This document shows positions 25,235 to 38,225 of a stretch of 64,000 bases of DNA, one piece after another. The notes beneath the pieces were generated by a model. That model searched no databases. It was given only the letters and a program-made list of their open reading frames with translations, and was not told the origin of the DNA. The DNA lies in contig OZ336873.1 in NCBI GenBank assembly GCA_965287045.1, positions 18,476,001 through 18,540,000 of the forward strand, read 5' to 3'. Source of the DNA: Carcharhinus amblyrhynchos. Lineage: Eukaryota. Each line of letters starts with the position of its first letter. Within the stretch, counting starts at the first letter, position 1. The position numbers and the translations under genes are program-made.

Positions 25235-25630
25235 GAAAAAGCACTTGTGCCTCTGAGTCAGAGATCATGGGTTTAAGATCCATTCCAGAATCTGAGCGCA
25301 AATTCTATTCTAACACTTCAGTGCAGTACAGTGAATGCACGCTGCTTTGTCAAATGACAATTAAACCAAAAGCCCTTTAGCAGCAAAGGTGCACACAAAA
25401 ATACGAGTGCAACTGTGCAAAAACAGATCAGGAGAGTCCTCCTGTTGTTGTGGCTAACATTTATCCCCCAACCAAACAGACTAACTGATCATTTCCCTCG
25501 TGCTGTTTGTAGGACTTCCTGTACACAAATTGCTGCAATTTTCTGCACAACAGTGACTGCACATCAAAAGTAATTAAATGCCTTTAAAGTGCTTTTGGAA
25601 TACAATGATAAAAAGCTCTGTGTAATTGCA
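25235..25630 (+). mobile_element. Old SacSINE1/DeuSINE-like SINE
   Basis: tRNA-like head GCCTCTGAGTCAGAG..GGGTT, Deu-like ACACTTCAGTGCAGTAC...AACATTTATCCC and an L2-type tail. Related copies at 42880-43215 (-) and 45560-45860 (+). Confidence 0.55.
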
Positions 25631-26552
25631 AATTATTACTTTCTTCAACTAATCCACTTCTAGAGTAGCAATAGCACAGCAGTACACTTCAGCATAAAAC
25701 ACGTCTATATATTGTCACCTATCTTCACAGTATAGAAACAGGTTCTCCCCCATCAGTTTACAAAGTGTCAGTAGCAGTAGCTTGCCTAGCTTTTAAGTTT
25801 TAAGTTTAGTTATTAGGGTCACAAGTAGGCTTATATTACCACTGCTATGAAATTACTGCGAGTCACCACACTCCAATGCCTGTCGGGTGCACTGAGAGAG
25901 AACTTAGCATGACCAGTGCACCTAGCCAGCATGTTTTTCGGACTATGGGAGGTAACTGGAGCACCTGGAGGACATCCATGTAGACATGTTTCTACCAAGA
26001 GCTTCTGCATATTTCCTTCACTAGTTGAATGGAAGGATGTGCTACTTCACAATAATAGAAGAATTTACACAATTTACACAGGGCAGCACATACTGAGCAA
26101 GCTGCCTTGTAGAGGCCAAGTATGATGTCATATACCAGCCACATTTATCATCAATCACCAAATCATAATGTAAGGCACTTGGGGAAAGAGAAATACTGGT
26201 TGTGAGGTTACTCACTTCTACAAGATGCTGAGTTGTAGATTAACATCACCCATTGACCTTTCTCTCAGAAATCATTTACTTTTTACGTGACGCTAACCGC
26301 CTTCATAATTTGTTCTAGATATCAGACAGGAGCCATAGCATATTCAACCAGTAAATGCCCAAGAGCTCCAAACCAACCACAAGTTTAACATATACTGGAT
26401 AACAACTGTCTAAAAGGAGAAGTTCCATAGGTAGGAGAAGCACTGTGTAAACACCGGTAATATTCTCTGTTGTTCTTTGAAATTGTTAAGAAATACCGAT
26501 AGCAAGTCCCATTTTCTGATCATACAATTATAAAATGATATGACACTAAAAT

Positions 26553-26876
26553 GGGCAGCATAGTGGCACAGTAGTAGCACTGCTGTCTCATAGTGCAAGG
26601 GACCGGGTTCAACTCCAGCCTCAGGTAACTGCCTGTGCAGAGTCTGCATGTTCTTCCCATATCCGCATGGGTTTCCTCCGGGTGCTCTGGTTTCCACCCA
26701 CAGTCAAAAAATGTGTGGATTACGTTGATTGGCCAGGCTAAATTGCCCCTTAATGTTGGGGAGAACGGCAGAGTAAATATGTGGGATTGCAGGAACAAGT
26801 CCTGGGTGGATCATTGACAGCGCAGGCTTGATGGGCTGAATGGCCTCTTTCTGCACTACAGGAATTCCATGATTCT
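26553..26876 (+). mobile_element. HE1-type SINE
   Basis: Head, V-domain and CR1-type tail. Confidence 0.85.
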
Positions 26877-27417
26877 AAAAGGAACTATATGACCCATTGT
26901 ACCTAGTCTGACTCTGAAAGAACTATGCAATTAGTTCTGCTTCAGTGTTTTTCCCCCGTAGCCTAACAAAAGTTTCCACTTCAATTATTTATCCCAGTTC
27001 CCTTTTTGAACCTGTTCCATTACCCTTTCAGGCAGTGTATTCCAGATCATGACAACTCCCTGCATTAAAAGGAATTCTCATGTTGCCTCTGGTTCTATTG
27101 CCGATTGGGTCAAATCTGTGTCCTCAAGTTACCAATACTTCTGCCTCCGCTAACAGTCCCATCTTACGTTTATTGAACGCCCCTATCAAAACTCCCATTA
27201 GTCTTACCTGTTTGAAGGAAACCAACTTTAATTTCTCTAGTCTGCCACATAACTGAACACTTTCATCTCTGGTACCAGTCTAGTTAAACTTCCCTGCACC
27301 ATGTCCAAGGCCTTGACAACCTTCCTAAAATGTGCGTTTGGAATTGGACCCAGTACTGAAGCCTATCTAATGTTTTATAAAAGTTTAGCAATGGCATCCT
27401 TGTTTTTGCACTCTATT

Positions 27418-28690
27418 GGTGAAACCTTTACCAAAAAATGGCAGAATGTTGGTTCCAGCATGAAAAACGGAATATTTCCTGCCAACGGCATGTGTTTTCA
27501 AGCCAAATCTTATGCTTCATTAGTAATAATGTTTATGCCTTCAAGTTTCACGCCACTCTAGCAGCATGTACCCTCTGATTCACCTGCCCTGCAACACCTT
27601 AAGTGCTATAAGCACTGGGAGGGGGGGCGGGGGTGGTGGGGGGCACCATATAACTGGCTCCCCAGCACTTGTTCCACAATCAGGGAATGATAGGCAAGAA
27701 GGCAGTACTGTGCTTTACAGGAGGGTCCTTCACCAGGATGCTGGATGGAGTGGAATAGAGGGGAGCAACACAATCTCTCATCACTCCTGGAGATAGCCAT
27801 CCAGCAGGGTCACCACCTCCACCTGGGCTGCAGTGGCAGCCTTGGTCAGTGCAAGACGACGAGAGGGCAGTGTTGGAAGAAGATGAATGATCTTCTTTGC
27901 TCAATCAGGGTAAGTGAACGACCACCAATGTCTCACTGAACTCCCTCGCACATCCCCACACCCCCAACCCTCTATCTCACTCTGCCACCTTGATCTTTGC
28001 AATACCAGATTCCCCTCCATCCCACAATCATCATGTGCCACCAGTGGCTGCTATGCTTCTGACACTCCAACTCCCACCCAAGCCTCATGCCTGCCACACT
28101 CATCACCATCTTAAATGTCAACAATTCCACCTACATTCTTCCTCTCTGTATCATTGCAGGACAATCTCAACCATAACATGCATCAGCAATGCAGCCAGCT
28201 GGAGTCTTGCCCGAGCTTCGAACCCTCACACGTTCTGAGGAATGAGCCCTCAATCTGGCTGAGGAGGAGGAACAACGTGCTTGCGCTGCTGGTAAAGTGG
28301 AAGCAGCAGAGTAATGTGAGAATCATCAACACACATTCCTCAAGCCTCAACTGAGAAATCAATGTTTCCTTCGCATCCCCTGTCCTGCACTAATGCCATG
28401 TCCCTTCTCTTGCAGGCCAGCAGTGGAACAGGCCAGATCATCCTTGTGCCCCTGGGATTCATAGGACTCCAGTAGTTCAGAGAGGACTTCTTCAGCGCCA
28501 CGCCCGCCATTGAAGAGGTGTCACAGCTGTCACCTACACCCAGCACTCGTGCAGATACTCACACCTCAGTGGCTTCACTGGTGAGCACCTACACTGACAA
28601 GGCGGCCAATAAAATCGGAATCTGGAAATTCTCCGGCACGAATTGCGCCTCCAGATTTTGAGCATGGGCCACCATTCCCACAGACAGAGA
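27418..28690 (+). mobile_element. Harbinger-type element remnant carrying a decayed Myb/SANT-like gene, nested in old CR1 sequence
   Basis: 27824-27910 reads WAAVAALVSA / TTRGQCWKKMNDLLCSIR, then GTAAGT, resembling the trihelix/Myb W..VA..V....RT..QC.KK..DL motif. CR1 remnants lie on both sides. Confidence 0.6.
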
Positions 28691-28974
28691 GCGCAGACTT
28701 TCTTTATAAAACCAAGGGGTTTTGCAAACCTTTTTAACAAATTTCTCAACTCGTTCTACCACTTTCAAAGCAGTTTGTAAATGCACTTCATGCTTTCTGT
28801 TCCTGCACCCCTTTAGAATTGTAGCATTTGGTTCACATCGCCCCTCCTTTCTCCACTTGCTCCCAAAATAAATCATAACACAGTTCTCTGCACTGAATGC
28901 CAAATACCATTTAGTGTTGTCCCAAATTATTGGTTCGGGTTTGAGATGGTAATGATGGTAAAATTAGCAGTGGA

Positions 28975-29850
28975 TCACAGAATTATAGAATGGTGTAAAT
29001 GGAAGCCATTCGGCCCATCATGTCTGCACTGGCTCTCCGAATGAACAATATGACTGATTGCCATTCTACTGCCTTTCCCCCCCGTAACCCTGCACATTGT
29101 TTCTATTCAAATAATCATCTAATGCCTCGAGTGCACCTGCCTCTGATGCACTTCCAAGCCGTGCATTCTGGACATGAACCACTTGTTGTTTGAAAAAGTT
29201 TTTTCTCACATTGCATTTGCTTCATTTGCAAATCTCTTTAAATCTGTGCCTTCTCATTCTCAATCCTTTTACAAGTGAGAACACTTTCTCCTTATTTACC
29301 CTGTCCAGCCTGCTCACAATTTTGAACGTCTCTATCAAATCTTAGCCTTTTCCTCCCCAAAGAAAACGATCTCTTGAATCTATCTATCTTGAATCTATCT
29401 TTATACCCGATGCTTCTTATTCCTGGAATAATTCCTGTAAATCTCTTCTGTATTCTCTCCAATGCGTTCATATCCTTCCTAGGGTTTAGTGCCCAGAACT
29501 GCACACAATACTCCACCTGCAGTTTAACTAGTATCGTATGCAGCATAACCTCCTTGCTCTTGTACTCCATACTATGGTTAATAAAGCCTAAGATATTTTA
29601 TGCTTTATTAACTGATCCCTCCGCCTGTCCTGCATCCTTTAATGACTTGTGCACATGCACACCCAGGTCCCTCTGCTCCAGCACTCCCTTTAGAGTTGTA
29701 CCACTTATTTTATATTGCCTTCCCATGTTCTTCCTTTCAAAATGAATCATCATACATTTCTCCATATTTAGCTTCATCTGCCACCTATCTGCCCACTCCA
29801 CCAACTTACTTATGTCCTTTTGAAGTTCTATACTGTCCTCCTCACAATGC
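28975..29850 (-). mobile_element. CR1 LINE 3' fragment
   Basis: WADRWQMKLNMEKC...EQRDLGVHVHKSLK...LQVEYCVQFW...ALERIQKRFT. Confidence 0.85.
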
Positions 29851-31199
29851 TTTCAAGTTTTGTCCAGATGTTTGCTGCCACTGCTGCACTGAAACTGATA
29901 GCAAATTCTGGGGTCCACACACGCATTTGGTATTGCACAAATCCAGAAGTTGCTGTCAATAGTTCTAAGGTGCTCCATGGGTGCTGTTTTGAGGTTCCCC
30001 ACCCCACCCCAACCTTCCCACATCCCAATAGAATGAAACCAATGGAAAACCTATGAACTGACAAAGTCTTCAGTCTTACTTTATAATAACCCTTGAACAA
30101 ATTATACCTTGTTGAATGAGATGGAACTAAGTTTTGAACTGTGTACTAACTTCATAATTACATAATGCACAGTCCCTGAAAAGTTAATTTTATATTTGCC
30201 AAATGTCAAATTTATCCATCATAGATAAAAACGTTCGTCTGTTTTTCAGGCACTTTTTAATTTGTTTGTTTTTACTTAAGCTTCTATCGGAATCCAATTG
30301 TAATCATTTATTTTGCTATCTGAAACTTTAAAATTAAAGTAAAGGGATTTGCTGCTTCTAACTTCCTGGCCTGCTGTCTATGAGAATACTTCAATGTGAT
30401 TGGCTTCTTACTCTATTTGCCGACATCACTGTTGTTGGCACCATACTTGAACTGCTGCCAGGAAAGGAAAGGTTTGCAGCAAAGAGATTGCTTGATTCTT
30501 TTGAGTGACTTTCTACAAGGTCAGCAGTGAATGCTGTTGCTTTGCCATTGACTGTGAAATTTAAGCCACTGGATGGTAGTTAACAAAGGTATCCGCACCA
30601 AATTGCCAGTGTTGGGTAAACTTTTTCCAATTAAGTGGAGCCAGGAAAGATCTGACCTGGGAATTCCGCCTGCCAGTAGTGGGATGTAAATTAGGTCCAT
30701 TAATAGGCCATTTAAGAATAATTATCCAAGCCCAGTGGAATTTAGTGGTGGTTCAGAGGTTTAATGGGACTTATATGTCTCCCAAAGGCCCTGCTGGGTT
30801 TGCCTGTGGTTTCATAGGAAAGGTCCCTTGCTGTCAGACACTCAGTTCCCTATTGAGGGACCTGGCATCAGGAAGCGGAGATGAAAGCCAATCCCCTGCC
30901 TGAGCCTCCAACCAACCCTCCCTCACCTGTGCCCTGAGATCTAGGCTGGGCACTGAAAAGCTGCCAGCCTCTGACTGGCTGGCAGCTCTCAAGGACAGGA
31001 TGTCCGACCCACTGTGGGCTTGATTATGCAGAAGGCCTGAGACAGGGCAGTTAAGTGCACTTACATCGCACTGAAACACCCCCATGAAAGTGATGTGGGG
31101 CTCCCACCAGTTCTCCAACCAACAGAGTGGGAATGGAGAGAGGGGGATCTCCCATCGCTGGCACTAAATCCCAGCCACTGTCTCTAAATGTTTCCCCAA

Positions 31200-32200
31200 C
31201 ATTGACACTATGTTGACTTCCCAGTAGTTGCCGGATGTATTCTTCTCTCCTTTCCTGAATAGGGATTTTTTACGATAGCAATCTTTCTGCAACTCTGACA
31301 CCATTCATGTAGCTAAGGAGAATTGGAAGATTCCTCAATTTCCCTTTTAATTCCCTTAGCAACCTAAAATGTATCCAATGGAGACGAGGTGACTTTTTTA
31401 GTTTTATTGCTGTCAAATTTTTAATCATCTTTATTGTATCTTTATCCCATCCAATTTCTCTACTCCCTTTTCCTTTACTGTCCTTTGGCAACATTCTCAA
31501 AATACTAATTTAATGCCTCAGCCACTTCCTCCATGTAAGGGGAATTTTACAGTAACTTCATTGCAGTGTTAACGTAAGCCTTATTTGTGACTAATGAATA
31601 AACTTGGTCTTTAATTTGTTCCATTCTTCCTTTTACTATTTGTGTTTGTAAAATACTTTCAGATTGCTTCCACATTCCCACTAACCTATTTTCATATTCC
31701 CTCTTTGCCCATTTAACTTCCTTTCTTCGTTCCCTTCTTACTTTTTGTTTTCAGTTTGGTTCTGTACTGAATTATAAACCCAACATTTATCATGAGTTTA
31801 AGTTTTCTTTTCCATTTTAATCTGCACATCTTTAGTCATCCAGGGAAGTCTAGCTTTGGATGCCTTTCTTTTGCCCCTCATGGGAAAATGTCTATACCAA
31901 ACCCAAAACATCTCCTCTATGAAGGTTCGCTTACTGTTTCCCCACCAATCTATGATTCCAATTGCTGCAGGCCAGATCAGCTTTTCCAATTCACTGAAAT
32001 CAGTCCTTCCCCAGTTGAGTATTTTCAGATTAGAGTTTTCCTTCTCCTTTTTCATAACTGCTCCAAATTTAACGATATTATGATCTCCATTCCCTGAATA
32101 CTCTCCCTCTGTAATATGTTCCACTTGCCCCATTTCATTTCTTTGAACCGGATCTTACTTCCTTCTCACTTAAGCTAGAAATCTGATGATTTTGTAAACA
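31200..32200 (-). mobile_element. Old CR1 LINE internal fragment (endonuclease-RT linker)
   Basis: GEYSGNGDHNIVKF...LNWGRTDF...PWMTKDV, typical of CR1 ORF2. Confidence 0.7.
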
Positions 32201-32309
32201 TCTCAGGAATATCTCCCATTCTTTGTTCTACATACTGTGTTATTTCCCATCTACATTAGAACAACCCCCTATCACTACTCATTTGCCAGGGCCACTCAAT
32301 ATCTGCCCT

Positions 32310-33900
32310 CGTTCCAACCCATGGTTCAAACATGGACGAAAGGGCTATAATTGAAGAGGGAAGAGGGAATGACTGCCCTTAACAACAAACAATCATTTGA
32401 TCAAGTGTGGCATCAAGAGGTCCTGGCAAAACTGAAATTGATGCAAATCCACCAGCTGAAGTCATACCTAGCAGAAAGAATGATGCTTGTGGTTGTTGGA
32501 AGCCACTCATCTCAGTCCCAGGACACTGCTACAGAAACTCATCAAGATATTCCTCAGGACATCCCCATTTCTGTGTGAGTTTCCTCCAGAGGCTCCAGTT
32601 TCCTCCCACAGTCCAAAGATGTGTAAGTTAGGTTGAGTGGCCATGTTAAATTGCCCCTTAGAGTCAGCGGGACTAGCAGGGTAAATATGTGGGGTTACAG
32701 GGATAGGGCGTGGGTGGGATTGTTGTTGATGTAGGCTCGATGGGCCAAATGGCCTCCTTCTGCACTGTAGGGATTCTATGAATCTATCATTTCTCTATGA
32801 TAGTGTCCTAAGTCCAACCATCTTCAACTGTTTCATCAATGATCTCCTCGCCATCCTAAGTTCTGAAGTGGGGATGTTTGCTCTTGATTATACAATGTTT
32901 AACACCGTTTGTGACTCCTCAGAATCTGAAGCAATCTATGTCCATGTGCAGCACGATCTGGACAATACCAGGCTTGGGCTGATAAGTAGCAAGTAACATC
33001 TGTGCCACACATGTGCCAGGAAATAACTAACTCCAACAAAAGAGATTTTTAGTAACTCCCCTTAACATCCAATAGCATTACCATCACTGAATCTGCCACT
33101 ATCAACAACCTGGGAGTTACTATTGCCAAGAAACTGAACTCAACTGGGTATATAAATCATGAGGCTACAAGACCAGGTCAGACTGGGAATTCTGTGGCTA
33201 AGAATTGACCTCCTGACTCCCAAAGCCTGTCTACCATCTACAAAGCACAAGTTAGGAGTGTGATGGAATGCTCTCTACCTGCCTGGATGAATGCAGCTGA
33301 ACAACAGTCAAATACAAGGCAGCCAACAAAATCGGCACTTCATGCACCAACTTAAACACTCAAAGAACAAAGAAAATAACAGGAACAGGCCCTTCGCCCT
33401 CCAAGTCTGCATCGAACATGCTGCCCAACTGAACTAAAACCTCCTTACCCTTCCCATCCTATTCATGTGTTTGTCGAGGTGTTCCTTAAAAGTCACTATC
33501 GTATCTGCTTCCACCACTTCCCTCATTGATGCACAATGGCAGTAGTGCATGCCACACACAAGGTGCAGTTCACCAAGACTCTTTCACCAGCACCTTCCAA
33601 ATGACCTCTCCAGCTTCGAAGCACAAAGGCAGTAGATACTTTGGCAGCAGATACCCTCACCTCAAACTCCCCCCAAGCCACAAATCATCCTGACTTGGAA
33701 AAATATCGCCGTTTCTTCACTGTCACTGGGTCAAAGTCCAGGAACTCCTGGAGCTCTCTTCCTAACAGCGCTATAGATGTATCTACATTAGATAGACTAT
33801 ACAGTTCAGGAAGGCAGCTCACCACCAACTTCTCAAGGACAGTTAGGGATGGGGAACAAATGCTGGCCTTGCCAATGATGCCCACATCCCCTGAAGGAAA
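32310..33900 (+). mobile_element. CR1/L2-group LINE RT and 3' end, with nested SINE (32565-32800) and CR1 tail
   Basis: FDQVWHQEVLAKLK...SVLSPTIFNCFINDL...MFALD (decayed FADD). Ends with the GGGATGGG.A.AAATGCTGGCC tail shared with the second SINE family. Confidence 0.75.
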
Positions 33901-34988
33901 AGATATGGTCAAATCTTTCAGCTGCTCACACCCTGCCTCTGCTGCATGGAAGGATGCAGAATTTGGCAATCAGCCAAATCTCTGTTCATTGCAGCAGGAC
34001 CAGAGAATCCCATTGTCCTGAACCACCAGAAAATTCAGTCTATATATTCTACAACTTGCATATAAATTTGCTCCTGCATTTCGCTCACACCATTTTCTAA
34101 CTTAAAGTATACTCCCAGCAGCATACGATCTCCTTTTTGTGCTGCATTCCGGTGGGCATAGGAGCAAAGAAATGAAAGAGGTTAATGCAAGGCTAAGGAA
34201 ATGCTGCAAGAGGGAGGGCTTCAAATCCTGGGGCCAGTTCTGGGGTAGAAAAGAACTGGCCAAAATTGATTACTTGCAGCAGGCAATAAGAATAATTCAG
34301 AGTTTATTCCCTTTGAGGTTCTGCTCTTTTAACTTCCTCTCTAGTTCTTGAAACTCTCCAATCTATGTCACTGGTTCCAACACAGTCCACAATTCCTGGC
34401 ATTTCCCCTTGTAGAATGCCCTGCAGTCATTCAATGATATCCTTTGCTCTGGGTCTTGACCACTGCATTCCTACATGTTGCCTGTGCAACATTGTGCCTT
34501 TGTTCTGCATACGCTCTGGACTGCACTTCCTCTGGGGTGCTGTCATAGCCATTGGCAATTAGCACTGAAAGTTGATTTGAAATTGCCATGTGTTTGATGT
34601 ATGTCTGCACCATCTACCCTCCTCCTATCCTGGCAGCTAGTCACCCACTTACTTTCCACCTGAACCCTCTGTGGCTGAGGGGTGACCACTCCCTGAATCA
34701 TAGAATCTAGGAAATTCTCAGTTTCCCGTACACCCTGCAATGACTTGTGCTGCATCTCATGGTTACACTTCTTATGCACATAGAACATCCTGAAGTCTCC
34801 ACATGGCACAGGCACTGCAGGCAATGGGTCTCAACTGTCCCATCATTTTGCTTAAAAGTTCACTTACTCACATTTTCTATATAACTATGAGATATCTATG
34901 TACGATTTTCATTTAGTGCCCCCTTACTGCTTTTCATTATTTATATAAACCAAATGTTTATGTCTTTCAAATCCATATAATGTTAATA

Positions 34989-35370
34989 TCATAGAATCAT
35001 TACAATGCAGAAAAGGTCATTCGGCCCATTGAGTCTGCACTCTCTGACAAAGTATCTTACCCAGGCCCTCTCCCTCACCCTATCCTTGTAATCCCGTACA
35101 TATACTGTAGCATAACCTACACATCTTGTGTTGCTAAGGAGCAATTTAGCAGGGTCACTCAACCTAACCTGCACACTTTTGGATTGTGGGAAGAAACTGG
35201 AGCGCTTAAAGGAAACTCACGCTGACACAGGGAGACGACAAATGGTCATCTGGACTCAAAACATCAGCTCTTTTCTCTCCTTACAGATGCTGCCCGACCT
35301 GCTGAGATTTTCCAGCATTTTCTCTTTTGAACCCAGATCCCTGGCACTGTGAGGCACCAGGGCTAACCAC
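34989..35370 (-). mobile_element. HE1-type SINE with a small internal insertion
   Basis: Tail CATAGAATC, V-domain and head CTGGCACTGTGAGGCA. Confidence 0.75.
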
Positions 35371-35897
35371 CCAATCCTATACTTAATTTCAACATACCCC
35401 CTATAATTTCTTATTTACTGATTTTCCCCTTGCATCCAAGAAGTAGTGGCAGGAAAAGATTGAGAAAACTGATGACCTAGTTCTACTAATAGGGAAAGAT
35501 GATGAGGAGAGAGTGGAAGGTGCCCACCTCAAGGTTTTCCTTGCTCCCTTACCCCACAATTCCTCCTTACTCCAAATATCCTGATGACAAGACCCAGCCT
35601 TGCAAGTTCCCTGGCTACACAGTTTAAAGATTTATTTTTTAAAAAGTTGCAAATTAAGTTTTAATTTTGGAAAAGTTGTTAAGTAACCATGATGGTCCAA
35701 TGGGCAGGATGCAGTAAGGAATGCGCAGCTGACTTATTTTTTTTAAAACACCCGCCTGTGTGGATCCTGGGTGATGGTGACCCCTTCCACACATCTTGCT
35801 GGAACACACTGGGGACGGAGCGGCCGCCGGGCGGGGAGTCCCACTGCGATGACAGCGAGCGGCGCTTTGAAAGGTGCAGCGGGCAAGTGGTACTCAC

Positions 35898-36093
35898 GGA
35901 CACCCTCGATCTTGTCTGCGGTCCTGTTCCAGGACAGTTGCTGGGTCTCCATGATCACCTGCAAGGTCCTCCTCTCCGGCTGTGACTTCTTGAGGCTGAA
36001 CACTGTCATAACGGTGCCTAGCTCCAAAGTCCTCTTCAGTTGACTTTTCTCCGGCTCCGACATACAATCCAGACCGTCTCTGTTCCAAGACAT
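35898..36093 (-). CDS. PLCG2: Phospholipase C gamma 2, first coding exon (N-terminal PH domain, 65 codons + 1 nt)
   Basis: Translation [65 protein letters not shown] closely matches the human PLCG2 N-terminus as I recall it ([51 protein letters not shown]). It ends at a canonical donor C|GTGAGT (plus strand actcac 35892-35897), phase 1, at the same KIEG position as the human exon boundary. Confidence 0.93.
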
Positions 36094-36266
36094 TTTCTCT
36101 CCCTCTCGAGCACAACCCTCCCTCCTCCTTTTAGATATTTCTCTGAGCTTTGAACAGACTCAGGGAGAGCCGCTGGGGTGCCCAGCTCCCTCGGGCACGG
36201 TGCAGATCAATTTCAGGCGATTACAATCATCTGGGAACTGCAGCAAGGGGTCAAGGAATGTTAGAA
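36094..36266 (-). promoter_or_regulatory. PLCG2 5' UTR part of the exon plus splice acceptor and branch point
   Basis: Minus strand reads TTCTAAC (branch point, 36266-36260), then ATTCCTTGACCCCTTGCTGCAG, with the exon starting at 36237. A second possible AG lies 7 nt downstream. This implies a non-coding upstream exon, which I did not locate. Confidence 0.7.
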
Positions 36267-36516
36267 TGACTTCTCCTTGGAGGGGATCACTTTGCAGACA
36301 CAGACATGGCCAAAACTAGTGGGTTTTTTCATGGCTGCAAAACAAAGATCTTGCATGTTCCGCAATTTAACTGTATGAGGAAGTTGGCTGAAATTTCTTG
36401 AAAAAAAAATCTTGGTCCGGAAGTGCTGTTGATGTGATCTATGCAAAACTCTGAAGCTGCCCAAAGGTACGTTAGTTTACACTTGGAAGAGGGTTAGATT
36501 GGTGACTGACATTTGC

Positions 36517-36534
36517 ACAGCGCCATCTGGTGCG
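36517..36534 (-). promoter_or_regulatory. CTCF-like motif near the PLCG2 exon
   Basis: Minus strand GCACCAGATGGCGCTG is close to the CTCF core consensus. ETS/PU.1-type GAGGAAGT (36377-36384) and CCGGAAGTG (36417-36425) lie nearby. Confidence 0.45.
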
Positions 36535-36654
36535 AACTTGCCCCTTGCCTCAGCAGCGAAAGGTCTTTATCCAGCTCCCAGTAATCAATGTTCGCATTGA
36601 AATAGGTGCTAATATCATTTGATTTGATTTATTATTGTCACATGTATTGGGATA

Positions 36655-37282
36655 GAATCATATGGTGCAGAATAAGCGCCATCAAGTCTGCAGGGATCAC
36701 AATCCCACCCAAGCCCTATCCCCCTGCATTTACCCTAGCTCGTCTCCCTCACACTGAGGGACAATTTAGCACGGCCAATCCATCTAACACGCACATCTTT
36801 GGACCGTGGGAGGAAGCCCATGCAGACGTGACTTAGAACTTAGAATCCCTACAGTACAGAAAGAGGCCATTCGGCCCATCGAGTTTGCACCGACCACAAT
36901 CCCACCCAGGCCCCACCCCCCACATCCATCCGCTAATCCCTCTAACCTATGCATCTCAGGACACTAAGGGCAATTTTCTTTAGTGTGGCCATTCAACCTA
37001 ACCCGCACATCTTTGGACTGTGGGAGGAAACCAGAGCACCCGGAGGAAACACATGCAGACACGAGGAGAATGTGCAAAGTTCACGCAGACAGTGATCCAA
37101 GCCAGGAATCGAACCCAGGTCCCTGGAGCTGGGAAGCATCAGTGCTAACCACTGTGCTGCCGTGCCACCCCAGACATGGGGAGAATGTGCAAACTCCACG
37201 CAGATAGTGGCCCAATCCGTGAATCAAACCCCGATCCCTGGTGCTGTGAGGCAGCAGTGCTAGCCAGTGTGCTACCGTGCCA
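36655..37282 (-). mobile_element. Cluster of nested or tandem HE1-type SINE pieces inside a Rex1-like 3' end
   Basis: One full copy at ~36835-37167 with partial SINE pieces on both sides. Rex1-like sequence at 36620-36650 resumes at 37283. Confidence 0.8.
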
Positions 37283-38225
37283 CGTGTACAGTGAGAAGTA
37301 TTATTTCTTGAGCACGATAAAGACAAAGCATAGAGATGGAAAAGAGGTGTAGAATATAGTGTTACTGTCATAGCTAGGATGCAGAGAAAGATTAACTTAA
37401 TATAATGTGGATCCATTCAAGAGTCTAATGGTAGCAGGGATAAAGCTATTTTTGAGTCAGTTGCAGATATTTAAATCAAGATTGGTTTTAATTGAATTGA
37501 GTTGTTTTATTATTGTCACATATTGGTGTACAGTGAAAAGTATTGTTTCTTGCAAGCTGTTGTAGAGTCATAGAGGTTTACAGCGTGGAAGCAGACCGTT
37601 CGGCCCAACTTGTGCATGCTGCCCAGTTTTTACCACAAAGCTAGTCACAATTGCGTGCATTTGGCCCAGATCCCTCTATACCCATCTTACCCATGTGACT
37701 GTCTGTGTGCTTTTTAAAAGACAAAATTGTACCCCCCTCAACTGATACAGAAAAAGCATGCCATTCATGGAGTACACAGGGAAGAAGGAAAGGAGAGGGT
37801 GCAGAATGTAGTATTAATTATAGTTGGGGTGAAGAAAAAGATAAACTTAAAATATGGTAGGTCCACCCACAGGTCTGATGGCAGCAGGGAAGAAGCTGTT
37901 CTTGAGTTGTTTGGTACGTGTCCTCAGACTTTTGTATCCTTTTCCCGAAGGAAGAAGGTGGAAGAAAGCATGGACGGCATTTTGCCGCCCTGCCTGTCAT
38001 GGAATCGGAGTGGGCGAGGGACGGACAATGGACAAGTCAGTTGACTTCAGGCAGGATTTTACGGTTTCAGGATGAGCGAGGCTGTAAAATCCTGCCTATG
38101 TTCGGAGTGCATGGGGTCCTTGATTATGCTGGATGCTTTTCCAAGGCAGCGGGAAGTGTAGACAGAGTCAATGAACAGGAGGCTGCTTGTGTGATGGACT
38201 GGGCTACGTTCACAATCCTTTGTAA
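37283..38225 (-). mobile_element. Rex1/Babar-like LINE 3' fragments
   Basis: Homologous to 44430-44995, with the TTTATTATTGTCACAT terminus repeated. Confidence 0.65.
37972..38096. mobile_element. 125-bp MITE, probable PIF/Harbinger type
   Basis: TIRs GGACGGCATTTT / AAAATCCTGCC. It interrupts a Rex1-like sequence that is uninterrupted at ~44700. Flanked by CAT/TAT, consistent with a 3-bp TSD. Confidence 0.7.

Noticed and set aside
1-35897. Downstream PLCG2 exons (LDIMEIKEIRPGKNSKDF...)
   Set aside because: Not found by eye on the minus strand. The next exon probably lies beyond the left edge, consistent with a long intron, though a miss cannot be excluded.
35679-36115. Overlapping ORFs 35689-35985 (+), 35771-36043 (+), 35894-36115 (-) and 35679-35903 (-)
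   Set aside because: Shadow frames of the GC-rich PLCG2 exon and adjacent intron.
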